Shown here in pieces: positions 11,278 through 24,400 of a DNA stretch of 64,000 nt. Numbering within the stretch: the first letter of the stretch is position 1; each line of letters begins with the position of its first letter. The notes under the pieces were generated by a model. It searched no databases. It worked only from the letters and a program-made list of their open reading frames with translations, and was not told the DNA's origin. The position numbers were made by a program, and so were the translations under genes. Source of the DNA: Paraspadella gotoi (lineage: Eukaryota; Animalia; Chaetognatha). The stretch lies in NCBI GenBank assembly GCA_051294375.1, contig CM119266.1, positions 13,270,735 to 13,334,734 of the forward strand, written 5' to 3'.

Positions 11278-14200
11278 ATGTCGTCACAAAAAGTGATTCT
11301 GACGCCGGTTTCCAAGTCGGCGACGCGAGCGGTGATGCGCGTGGAGCGGCGTCGCCTTCAAACCGGCGTCGACGACGTCTTGCACGAAGCCGGCGGGCAG
11401 CACCAAGGGCTCGTCGTCAACAACAGGAAGATGGAAGAGGACGGTCAGCGGATTCTCTATATTCCTTAATTAGGCGAAACATTTTGATATCCTGTTTGGA
11501 TCCTTTTAAAGCATAAACGAAGTTGTTGGCTTGGTTTATTCTCGAAACATTGTGGTCATAAAAAAAGTGATTATCGGTTTTCCAGATGCGATGATATTGC
11601 ATGACTCCCTCATTAAGTGATATTTTACCATTCAAATGATATTTATAATTGAATAAAAAAAAATAAATATCTTCGTTTCATTTTACATTTTCGGTAAAAG
11701 TACATTAGGATATTTTTATAAATAGATTTTTATAACGAAGGTTATTTTATATTAGTGAAAAAATATATCATTAACTTTTCTTTTCTTATTTTATTTTCCC
11801 GCCAAAGATGACACGTCTTTCCCGCACGATGTCGCCCTGGAATTCCGCGTCTTCATGGCCGACGCCGCCGAACCAAGTCGACAAAAAAACGAAATCCTCG
11901 TCCAGGAGAAGAGGAGTTTACGGTTTAGGTTCCAGGATGAGTCACCAGTTGGACTCGACAAGACCAGAAACGCATACGACTTTTTCATAGAGCTGGTCAA
12001 CCCGGAGTCGTTCCCTAAGGGTGAAAGATGAGGACGGAAAGAAAGAAAGAAAGAAAGAGAAAGATCAAAGAAATTAATAAGAACAAAGACAAAGACAAGA
12101 AAAGAACAAGAAAGAAAGAAAAACACAACATGAGCACTATAAAATACAAAACATGTTCTTAAAAAATAAAGAAATAAAAAAATATTACATTAACAAATTT
12201 TACTCCCTCCAGACTACATCAGCTTTATCAAAAANNNNNNNNNNNNNNNNNNNNNNNNNAAAGAGAGAGATCATTGGCAACGAAGCTGCAGCCCCAGCGA
12301 CTTCTCGATGTGCTCAGCAGCAGCTTTCCCAGAAATCCGCGGCGCAGCAGCCGCGCAGGAGCACCACGACAGCTTCAAACATTTGTCGGAAGCAGCAGTT
12401 GGCAGCACCATCAAGGCTCAACAACTCCATCATCAATCAGCAGCAGTTTACTTTCCGCCGGCCGCTGGATCTCGATTCCACCTCTCAGCGACGAACGACG
12501 GCGGGGCCGCTGATCGAAGCCGCCGCCGCCCGATCACGGCACTGCCTCTTCCGGCGCTGCGAGCCGTGAAGTACCAAGTGAGTTGAATGCCCCGACAGGT
12601 TTCGCGATCCGATTCTTTAACATATCTTATGATAAAATCCATAGAATTTAAATATCAGAAATGACGAGGGGAAATTATAATATATAAATTTGCCGATTTA
12701 ACTTTGCAAATAATAAGATATAATTATCAACATAAAATCAATACCCCTTCATTATCCCTTCTCTTCCAGCCAGATTTCCCTCCCGCCAACCCCAAGACCG
12801 TCAAGGACTTTATTATTTACGCACCCTCTTCTGCTGGCGTCCTCTCGCCATCGTCGCCTCGTCACAGCACAGTGCCGCAAGGCGAAGCACCTCCAGAGCC
12901 GTCAAGTGGAGCCGCAAGGCGGCAGAACGCTCGGTCCAAGTTAGCCTCATGCGCTCGGCTTCATTTGCGGCAACATCGGTTCGTCCTCAATCGTTCTTCA
13001 TCTACCTCTTTCGCATTCGTCCTCTGGAGCGGGGCAGGGGGCGACGGAGGGGGCGTTTCGGGGTTGATGAAGAGGAGTAGGCTTGGGGGAGTCGCGGGGA
13101 TGATCTTTGAGGGGAGGGGGGAGGGGGCTGGTCCATGACCAGTGGTCATTGGCTAAAATATTGAGGGGGGAATAGTTAAATTGTGCACACTTTTTATTGG
13201 TAAATAAGAAAAGAAAAGAGTAAAAACTGAAAGAATATTGTTTTCTCCTTAAAATTTACCTTGACTCGTTAAATTCATACCAGCTTTAATGACAATATTG
13301 TTCCGATCATAGTCAAATAAAAAAATGTCTTTCCTTGTCCCCGACCGAGTCGGCGTTTTGAAAAGAATCGCGTTTAAAAAATAGATAAAACAAATATATC
13401 TTATCTATAACAAGCTTCGTTTTGCCCTCTTGACAGACTTTAGTTGACACAGATAAGCTCACAATGACCACTCGAGCGGCGATACACCCCGACGCGTGAC
13501 CGTGATCGCCGCGATGAACGTTCACCGCGCTCTTCTCTGTCTTTTTCTATCTCGTCGTCTTCGTTGATCGTCGTCGCGTCGTCGTCGGTGTCGACGCGAG
13601 ACAGAAAACATGAAGACCATATGCTTGAAAATCTCACCTCACTTTTTTTTGGGTAAGGGTGGATTGCATTGACTGACTGATTAAGATACGATCTCATCCC
13701 GGAAAGACTTTACGAGGCCCGCTTTCATTTGGTTCGGTCCTTTCTATTTCTATCGAAATTGTTGTGTAAATCGAAACAAAAACACCGCTTTTTTAGCTAC
13801 GTACAAGGATTTTATCCTTATTCTCTTTAACTTTTTGGTTGTGGCGTGTGTTAAATTCATTTTTTTTGCTCTTTACGCCATTAATATTATGATAATTTCC
13901 TTTCTTTGAATTAAGTTTAAAAATTTCATTTTGTCAGTCATAATTCCATGGTTGTTTTGCTTTAAATGTTAAAATATTGCGCAATAAATAAAAATAATCC
14001 CCCCAAAAAATTTTTCCCCCGAAAGCCCTTTTTTTGTTTCTAGAAAAAAGGGAATTCACCTTAGTTGTGAAAGTTGTAGAAAGTTAAACGACTCCATAAT
14101 GAAATACAGTTGCGTAATCTTAAATTACTGAATAATTTGTGATTGAAAGCTTGTAGGTTGCCTTCTATGTTATTATCTTGTGAGAGAACCGTGCTTTTAC

Positions 14201-17200
14201 TTAAACCATCCGCTGCCAAAGTTTGGGGCACAATAATATTGTCAATATAACTTATTCATTGAAATGAATGGATGAGCAATTGAGCATCATTTGGTTGAAA
14301 CCTAAATTTTAATAAATATAAAATCAAGTTAAAAATAATTCAATAAAATAAAATAAATTTCACCAATTTTTAATGAATATTAAGTAATTTGATATAATTA
14401 CTAATAATTGAATTTTAAGAAATATCAATAATATATCGATTTTTGTTTTTTTGTTGAATCCTGTTCTACGACGCGCGTGAAACATCGAAATGTGCACAAA
14501 AACTTTTTAGTCGCCGTAATTAGTATTTGTGACGGGACCGAAAAGGACCGATAAGTCGGATAATTACCAATTAAAATTTATTTTCTAAAGTTGAGAGCCA
14601 TAGCGTTATTGCAAGTGATCCAATTAACACCCATAAATTTACTTCGAGATTTATACAAAAATCCTCGCATGACCGAGGACAAAAAAAAGGATGGATGATT
14701 ATTTCGTGAACAGTTTTAACAATATTATAGCCGTATCCTTCGTGCAGAGATATTAAAGTAAAGAAAAAATGTAAGAAGAGATCAGATTTAGTTTTATTAT
14801 GACAACGGCTGACAACGAAGGAGATAAATTACACGTTTCGGGAACGTAGCGTCCTCTTAATGTAATTTGTCGCCTCTTATTAATAAAAAAAAAAAAAAAT
14901 AGTGGAACGATACATTGCCTTGTGTTTCCGGCAATAAAAGAATTTCTTAGTCAACTCTTGAACAGATTTATTCCTTTATCGGTTTCTCAATCAAGCATCA
15001 CAATGCCGGGACAGTCACACGGTCACCACTATCCCTTCAAGCTACCTCCACTGGCGGCCCCTGGTGACCCGCTCAAGTGAGTCAGCCGGTTGGCTGAGTG
15101 GAGCGTCGGTTACGATCCCGGCGTCCTCATAGGAAACTGCTACGAGGAGCGGGATTTCGACGTCTTCTCGCGCCACGATTCCTACGACGAACTCGAGCGA
15201 TTTCCCCCGCGTATTCCCGATGCGCGCCCAGACAATCGTCGTCGCAGGACAAACTGCTGCGCGTGGGTCAACCCAAGGACGCGATCTCTTCTCCCATCAC
15301 GAATCAACGGCCTACTCTGGCAACCTCGTTGTCTCTCTAACGACGAAAGTACACACGGACGCGGAATTTGCGCAGGGAGCGACCTCATCAGCGCCGCTCC
15401 GGGACCGGCACCGTCTCACCCTGGGCGCCGAGGAAAAGTCCCATATCCCCTACAGGGCCCGGGACTCGTTTCCGGTTTCGCAACAAAAGCGGCGCCAGTG
15501 GCGGCGAGGCCGGCGGCGGGCGACGCCGGCGACCTGGTGACCTCCACGGCGTCTCATTTTGTCGTCGTCGCCCGTCAACTCTTTGTGACGAGCCACTTCG
15601 CGGCGCCACGCACGCTCCAGCAGCCATCTGTTGGCTTATTAATAGTTATCACCCGTCTTGAGCCTCAGGGGCGTGCCCGGCCCGCAGCGCCTGCACTCTC
15701 TTTCGTTCTGACGCATCGGGGCGGACGCGGTGGCCTGCAATTGCCGTTGGGGAGCGGACGGGGGCGGGAGAGGGCGGCGGCGTTGCCCGGAGGAGCGGCG
15801 CGAATGGCAAGCGCTCGGAAGAGAAGATGTGGAGTACATAGTCAGCGTGAAAGAATGAACTTTGAATCTGGGCTATAATTTTTTTAAATAAACCCTTTGA
15901 ACTGCCGCTTTTTTTTCGTGCGCGCATTATAGTGTTTCAATTTGTCATTTTCCACCCTGTCTGAAAAAACTCTCTTTCCAGTATACACGGTTGATATTTG
16001 CGTTGTCTTTTGTTTTTCACTCAACGCTCGCATCAGTTGCAAATGAATTTATTTCTTTTTTTCTTTATCGTGGCCGAATTTGTCATTGGCCTTTTTCTGG
16101 TGTCACAAACGCGGCAATGTCAGACTCTGAAACTCCGTCATTTCCGCCACGTTCTTTTCATTTCTTCCTATTTTTTTTGTTTCACTCGAGATCTCACTGT
16201 CTCTTATTTTTTTCCCCAACAGTCTACTGAATTAAACCAAATAAAATAAAAACGTTTTCTCGATCTTTTTTTAGTGACAATAACTTTTTAAGACTGGTTA
16301 CGAAAACGATTTTTCTACGAAAAAGTCGAAAGAATTTTTAAATTGGATCTAAATTTTAAATCTAAGTTACAAAAAATAATACGACAATGCGTTTGATTCA
16401 TACAGGAAAGCGAGCAATTTCAATAGGAGAAAAACACGTAGGTCCAAAGCCCTAAGAAATCATGATATAAAATAAATATTGTAGGTAACATACAAAAGAA
16501 CATAACCTAAACCACTCTTAACCTACATACTCTTCACAATCGTCATAATTTGCCTTCAATGTTGGCGGCGGCGACGAAAGATCGACATCGACGAACGCTG
16601 GCGGACGAAGAGTTCCATCGTCCCTACGTCGCGTACGTGCCGCCGATAATCGCCCGTGAGATGAACCGCCCCACGCCGGCGTCGTCGAGCCTGCCCTCTG
16701 GCGTGGCAGATTAAACGGCGCCGGAAAAAGCGTATCGATCGAGGCCGAAAAAGAATCGGCGCGACGCCGAGAATGGCGCGAAGGATTTGCCGCGTGGCGT
16801 CGGGACGAGCAGCGTCGACGCGAAAGAGAATTTCCGCGATTCTTGACCGGCGTCAGATGCGCGCAGAGCACCGCCGCTTCCCGCGTCACGCAGAGTCCAA
16901 GCGCTTCGTGAACGCCGAAAAGATCGTCGAAGAACGCTCGTCCCGAAGGGCGGCGTCGTAGCGCCTAGCGGCCTCCAGCAGCGCCCGGGCTCGCCCCGGG
17001 GGCGCCGTATCCTGAGCCACCCCGTGGAGATGAAAGTGGGATTGCGCAGGCGCCGGCCGGACGGAGGTGATCGATGAGAATCACGCGTGCCGAGGGGCGT
17101 AAGAGTCACGGCGTTCCGCACGTTGGAACCAGGCGTCGACGAGATCAGCGGCGGCGTCGGCGTCGGGCGTTCAGTTCCACCGCGGAATGCTTTTTGGGAA

Positions 17201-18217
17201 AGACGACGATCTGTTCCCCTGAAGGGAAACGAGTTGGCGAAGGTCGCGGCGAGGTCGTTCTCCAAACGCCCTCCTCCTCCTGAGCCGTCTCCTGGCGAAA
17301 CTCGCAGAGATCACAGGGACGTCGCGAGAGCAGCTCCTCGCCAAGCGGCGCTGCTCTGCTCAGCGGCCGCCTATCGAAGGCCGCTTGACCGCAGCGATGA
17401 AGATCATTTCTCCGCTGTCCAAACGTTCGTTAGCGACGAGTCAGGTTCTGGGCGCCGCAGCGAATCCACCGGCGCGGCGGAGCCGAGGAGGCGAGCAGTT
17501 CTCGGGGCGCCAGAACGGAGGATAGCGAGGGAGTGTCTTTCGGGTGGAGATCGTAGAGGGCGCGGAAGCGGCGGAGAGGGCGGTGCAGGTTGGAAGAGGG
17601 ATGTGAGTTTGGAAAAGATCTCGAGAGAGGAGAACGTAAAGGGGCAGCTATGTTGAGAAGGCGAAGTGTAATAAGTCAGGAATGTGATCACTTTTCGCAA
17701 TGTTGCTTAAAATTAAACTCACCTGAGATTTTCCGTTTGATTATTTCTTGGGAAGATTCTTTTGAATTGTTCTTGTCTATCGGTGATCGCGAAAAATCCG
17801 AAAATAAACCGCCAGAGATGAGAAAACTAAGAAGTAAGTTTTGTTTAAGCTTCGCTTTTTTCCCAAATGAAAGCGGCTTCATGGTGATTTCAATATTTAT
17901 TATGAAAACGGATAATTTTAATTCTTATTGTTAGTATTGTGAGTTAACGTGATAAATGTATCAATCTTTCTCATTTTCAAGTGTGGAGATATCGAATGCC
18001 GGAATTCACCAGCGAGGTTTACAGATCTCTTTGGCTTCTCTTTCTCTCTCTCTCTCTCTTCATCTCGCCCTCTTCTCTCGCTCTCTCTTTGTCCCTGCGC
18101 CTTCCCTCTCATCATCTTCGACGCCTCTTCCTCTTCCTCGTTCTTATCTTAACCAAAACTGTCCGTCCCTTTTCCAGAATTCGCTAATTTCTTCTTCGCT
18201 CCAGTAGGAAAGCCTCT

Positions 18218-18251
<34 letters not shown>

Positions 18252-18256
18252 CTCTC

Positions 18257-18296
<40 letters not shown>

Positions 18297-20453
18297 GCGA
18301 ATCTTAGACATCGTGGCTTCAGTTCAGTGAGCGAGTGAGGGGGAGGGAAAAGATGAATAAGAATAAAAGGAAGCGAAAGATATATAGTTACTGTATAAGA
18401 AATTATATTGGTAGAAGAATTTTACTTTATCATAGATCAGATTTTCCAATAGTAGCATTCCGCAATCTTGATTGATCATTTTAAATAACTCGATTCTTTA
18501 AAATGAAAACATTCTATATCACGTTTCCTGGTTGAAGAGCTCAAAGGCAATAAACAGTGAAACTGCGCGTTTTCGTGTCTACGAGCGGCTTTCCGTATTT
18601 GTGATTGTTGTAGTTGACTATATGTACTAGTACTGTAGTCAACGACAGTTAGACCACGTGATTTAGGGAATATTTCCCCTTTTCAATAAAATATTGACTT
18701 TTGTTTTTCAACCTCGTCAGCCTCATAGCTTTTTGATGCCGTCATGTACATAAATCCTGCCATTCCTTGCGTGTGGAGATTTCATCCGAGAGGAGAGATT
18801 TTACTCATACACGACATTATTATATTTACTTTCTTCTTTTCTTTCTTTCATTTTATATCTTTCTTTTCTTTCTTCTTCTCTTCATTTTATATCTTTCTTT
18901 TTTTCACTCGACTGTCGTCCTTCTCTAGTGGATCTAGTCAAAACCTGCTCCAGGTAAAGACCCTTCTGTTCTGATCTGGAGAGAAATCAAACGAGTTATC
19001 GAGTCGAAATCGCTTTACCAAAAAGTAGAGCTTTTTTTTGGGAATTTTATTACCTATTTTTTTTCCGTTTTCGGCCACAAATAAAATTATCCGATTTGGG
19101 CCATTTCTTTTTCAAAAGCAGCGTTCGGAGATACATCGGCTTTTCTGACTCGATTCCCCGTTTATCGATCTCGTTCTGACGATGTAAACAAAGATGATTT
19201 ACTTCGGCGGATTTTAAATATAGGGAGAAACGTTACCAGGTTAGATCGAAAATATAAAATAAACAAAAACTGGTTTGACAAAAAAAAACAAAAACAAAAC
19301 AAAAAAAAACAAAAATAAAAAAGGAAAAAGGGCCTTTTTCGCCAGATTTTTTCTCAGAGTTGGTCTGCTTATTTAGTTCTCTTTTTTGTCCCCCCCCAAA
19401 AAAAAAGATATATCTTTCCGACTCTGAATTGATCATATTAGAGTCATTTTGGCCAGAAAAAATCCGCCTACTCTGAAGTTTTTTTTTTTAATGCTTTATA
19501 TTTTTCTTAAATTAATTTAATGGTGTTACAGTCACAAAAGCAAATCATTCTAACTATTTATATTTTTAATAAATATAAAATAAAAAAATTAAAAGAATCA
19601 ATTTTACCAAACCACTCCCAGGTCGAAGGCCGAGTCTTCCGATCTCTCGCGAGATGTCGTCACAAAAAGTGATTCTGACGTGCCGGTTTCCAAGTCGGCG
19701 ACGCGAGCGGTGATGCGCGTGGAGCGGCGTCCCTTCAAAACCGGCGTCGACGCACGTCTTGCACGAAGCCGGCGGGCAGCACCAAGGCGCTCGGCGTCAA
19801 CAACAGCGAAGATGGACGAGGACGGTCAGCGGATTCTCTATATTCCCTTAATTAGAGCGAAACATTTTGATATCCCTGTTTGGATCCTTTTAAAGCATGA
19901 AACGAAGTTGTTGTCTTGGTTTATTCTCGAAACATTGTGGTCATAAAAATAGTGATTTCGTTTCCAGATGCGAATGATATTGCAATGACACCTCATTAAG
20001 TTATCATTTACCATTCAAATGATATTTATAATTGAATAAAAAAAAATAAATATCTTCGTTTCATTTTACATTTTCGGTAAAAGTACATTAGGATATTTTA
20101 TAAATAGATTTTTATAACGAAAGGTTTTTTTATATTAGTGAAAAAATATATCATTAACTTTTCTTTTCTTATTTTATTTTCCCGCCAAAGATGACCGTCC
20201 TTTCCCGCACGATGTCGCCCTGGAATTCCGCGTCTTCATGGCCGACGCCGCCGAACCAAGTCGACAAAAAACACTATCCTCGTCCAGAGAAGAGAAGTTT
20301 ACGGTTTAGGTTCCCAGGATGAGTCACCAGTTGGACTGCTCGACAAGACCAGAAACGCCTACGACTTTTTCATAGAGCTGGTCAACCCGGAGTCGTTCCC
20401 AAGGGTGAAAAATGAGGACGGAAAAAGAAAGAAAGAAAGAAAGAAAGAAAATA

Positions 20454-20497
<44 letters not shown>

Positions 20498-21389
20498 AAC
20501 AAAACAAAAAGAAAAACAAACAAAATGAGCATAAAATAAAAACATTTTTTAAAAAATAAAGAATAAAAAAATATTACATTAAAAAATTTTACTCCTCCAG
20601 ACTACATCAGCTTTATCAAAAAAATTATGAAGCAAGCCCAGAAATCACCGCACATTTCCTGCATCGAAATAGAAATGAATCAAGTGGAGGAGAAGTTCCA
20701 GATTCGCTCAAAGGTAAGTTTTACTCACCCTGTCATCAAGTAGGCCAGCGTTAAAAACGATACGAGATTGACGCTCTCATGTTTCTCTTGCTTTCGCTTG
20801 TCCAAGACAACAGTTTGGCAAAGATTATTTCCGTTGGAATGCCTGGAATTATCTCGGTAAAAACATTGCACTTTCACTTTCACTGTCGAGAAAGGAAAAG
20901 GAAAGAAACTTATCGTCTTAAAAAAACTAATAAATTTTTGTTCTTAAAAATATTTGTTTTCACTTAAAAAAAACTAATGAGGATAACAGCCTCAAGACTC
21001 ACTCCACGTATTCTAAACTAGTCCTGCGGACGGCCAATCTCTCACATTTTTCTAAAATTCTCCTTCTCAGAGTCGCAAGCTTTACCAGCTAAGCGAGTGA
21101 CGGAGGAGCGTCTGCTGGAGTTGCTGGAGTCGGCCTACCCCAACAACGTCTCCATCAAAGATATAGAGAGGCTGTTGACGAGCGAAGGGACGAAGACGAG
21201 CGGAACAGAGATCGAGACTTACCTCGACAAAATGGCCGCTGGAGGTAAGGCGAGGGTGAGGTGGCATTGTGCGCCGGCTTTATTTTGAGAATATTTATCC
21301 GTCTACAGGTCTGATCGAGTGCATGCCAAATGGGTCTTTGGATGGGGCTCATAAGAGAGAGGCAGGGCGAAATCGCAAAAACACGGTGA

Positions 21390-21475
<86 letters not shown>

Positions 21476-24400
21476 CTAAACATGACTATTTTTGTCTATT
21501 TCTGTTCTTGTCGGTAACAAGTATGGGCTGTGATAAATAGGGAATCAAAAACATATTAAAAAAATATATAGAGTAGAAAGTAACTTTTAACCTTGTGTTG
21601 TATAAATGCTCCCTCTATTTCCAAAAGACAACACCAACATCCCTCTCCCCAATACATTATAAAAGAATATACTTTATATAAAGAATATAATTAAATCTAA
21701 GATATAGTGAAATATATTAATTTTTTACATTTATTTTTAAATTTAATCAAATTTAGTCTAATATACATAGCAAAACAAGTTTTTCACATCTCAAAGATTC
21801 TAAACAAAAAAAGAAACAAAGTAAAAAATAAAATAGGAAGACTAAATGTTTTCGCCTCATAGAGGTTCGCATGGTGAAGTCACTTCCGGTGGTGACCCCC
21901 GAATCACAACCCACCATCGCCATCATCACCGTCAACTTCGTGGAGAAAACCTGCGTGGACGCGATGATGGAGAACAAGGTCACTTTCGTCAAGTACAAAG
22001 CCGAAGGTGAATTGTGAATTGTGAATGGTGAAAAAATGAAATTATAAAACACCCACGAAAAACTGAAAGTAATTGAAGCATTCACAAGAGCTATCACGTT
22101 TTGTATTTCACCGCTGACGGAAAGTTTTGTTTTCACTTCACTCGATTTCTTCTTCTTTTTTATTTCGTCCGCTCTCTCTCTCTCTCTCTCATCCTCTCTC
22201 CTTCTCTCTCTCTCTCCTTCTCTCTTCTCTCTCTCTCTCTCTCTCTCCATCTCATCTCTCATCAGCATACACAAGTAAGAGAAACCGGCGCTTTCGCGAA
22301 AAATATAATAAAAATAAAAAAGCATGTCATACGGAAATCTGTTTTTGTTAAATATCCCGTGTTCCTTCATTATCAAATATAAAAGGTTCGCGAAATAAAT
22401 CAAAATCCCACCTGCCAGCAAAAAAAGTCAACCCTGCAATTAGCGCCCCCTAAAACAAATTCGCATCATAAGCGATCCCAGGAACGGAATCGAATCAATA
22501 GGGAAAAAGTTTGTATTTTTATTCGATAATAATTTTTTTGGTTATATTTTCTTTCCCCAAATAATAAATTCCGCCACTCGCTCAATTCACTCATGACACC
22601 CTTCAACACGCCTCCACCCTTCTCCCCCCAAATTAGGCGAATCCCACGTGTACACCATCGGCAACATCGGGGGACATCACGTGATCTCCACCAAACTCCC
22701 CGCCGTCGGGAAGTCGAGGACAGAGATGATCGCCGCCGGGAACACCACCACCAGGCTTCTGGGTGAGTTAAGGGTAAGGGGGGTCCTTTCAGGGTAAATT
22801 CTACATTAAATCGAGAGACCGTAACTACTTGCTGGTTGTAGTAATCATTTCCGATCGAGTTAATTACAAAACTAATTTGATGTATCACAAAAATAACTAC
22901 TGTTTACTGTATAGGGAGATCCGTTTTTGATAATTACTCTATAAATCTTAAAAATAACAATGAGAATAAGATTTAAATACAAATTTCTAAATCATCTGTC
23001 GATCCTCATGACATGAGCTAAAGAGGCCTCCTCCATCACATAGTCATGATGGAGTAGAACTCTTCGTAGTCGATGTAGCCGTCGCCGTTGAGGTCGGCCT
23101 CCCGCATCATCTCCTCCAGCTCCTCGTCCTCCAACGCCTCGCCGATCCGCAGCATCGTCGCCCGCAGCTCATCCATAGAGATCAGGCCGTCCCCGTCCTA
23201 GAGGGGTCGAGATTGATCATACATTTAACGTCCTGAACTCATATAACTGATATAAGTATAAAACGCGAGAATGTTAAATACTTAAAAAAGTACGAAAACA
23301 TAAAAATGCAAAGATAATTTTTAAAATGACTGAAATAACAAACGAAACCGACGCGTAATTGGTCAGANNNNNNNNNNTAGTAGCGTATCTCTCCCTAATT
23401 GAAACTTGGACGAACCTGATCGAAGACGGCGAAGGCCTCGCGGATCTCGTCGTCGGCGCTCTTCTCCTTCATCTTCCTCGCCATCATCATGATGAACTCG
23501 TCCAGGTCGATCTCTCCGTTCCCGTCGGCGTCCACTTCGGCGATCAGGGCCTTGGAGGTTATGGGGTTTTGGGGGGGGGGGAAAGGGGGTTCAGTGGAGA
23601 AGGGCGTCTCTTCTTTTCGTTGGTTCGTGATCGAAAAACGAATTGAGAATTAGACGAATCGGTTTTTTTGGTTTTTTTCTCTCTCTCTCTTTTCCGCCGT
23701 CGCGTTTTGAGGTGATGATTGATGATGAAGTCCGGCGGCGGCGGCTCGTTAGTTCATCGATCATCGACCGAGTTGTAAAGTTTCCTTTGAAATCCATCGA
23801 ATTACGATGAGATGAATTAATTTGAGGCGACTTCTCAAGTCAGATAGTTGATCGAATTGATTGATTGATCATGCATGGGTTATAATTATTCGTCGAATAA
23901 AAATGTAAATAAATAAATCAATAAATGAATAAAATCGCTATTTCTCACAGCCAATTCTTCTTCGGTGGCCATGATGCCCATATTTCTCATGGCTTCGCCC
24001 AATTCCGCCGATTCGATGGCGCCGTCGCCGTCCTTGTCGAGCATGTTGAAGGCCTCCTTGAGAATGTCCAACTCCTGGGGCGTCAATTTATCGACGGGGT
24101 TTGACTTTTCCAGCCTGAAAATCACGACTCGTGTTAATTGTCGAATCAATCTATCAATAAATCTCTTAATTTCTATGACTATGTCAATCAATCGATATAA
24201 TCAACTAGTCAAACATTCAATTTCTCTATAAAATCATTTTCTCAATCAATAAAATTAGCCAATTATTCTTATAAATTATTATATATATATATTATTCATC
24301 GATCCATTTCACTCACTGCGACGGAGATTCTATGAGATCCTTGATCTCCTCTATCACGGATTTTATCGACGAGGATCGACTCATTTTGATTTGATTTTCT

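Larger units (their letters stand above)
12274..20622 (+). repeat. Direct, indel-rich second copy of ~4032..12234 (probable assembly artefact)
   Basis: Colinear match throughout (e.g. 4032 ttgggcacgagctgcagcc vs 12274 ttggcaacgaagctgcagcc; 6781 vs 15003; 12213 vs 20601) with dense 1-nt indels. Confidence 0.93.

Noticed and set aside
12274-20622. Recent segmental duplication producing three pseudogenes
   Set aside because: Indel-dominated noise with a gradient from an N gap fits raw long-read gap filling better than evolution.
21753-22421. 222 aa minus-strand ORF
   Set aside because: Crosses a plus-strand PNP exon and a CT microsatellite; composition is not protein-like.
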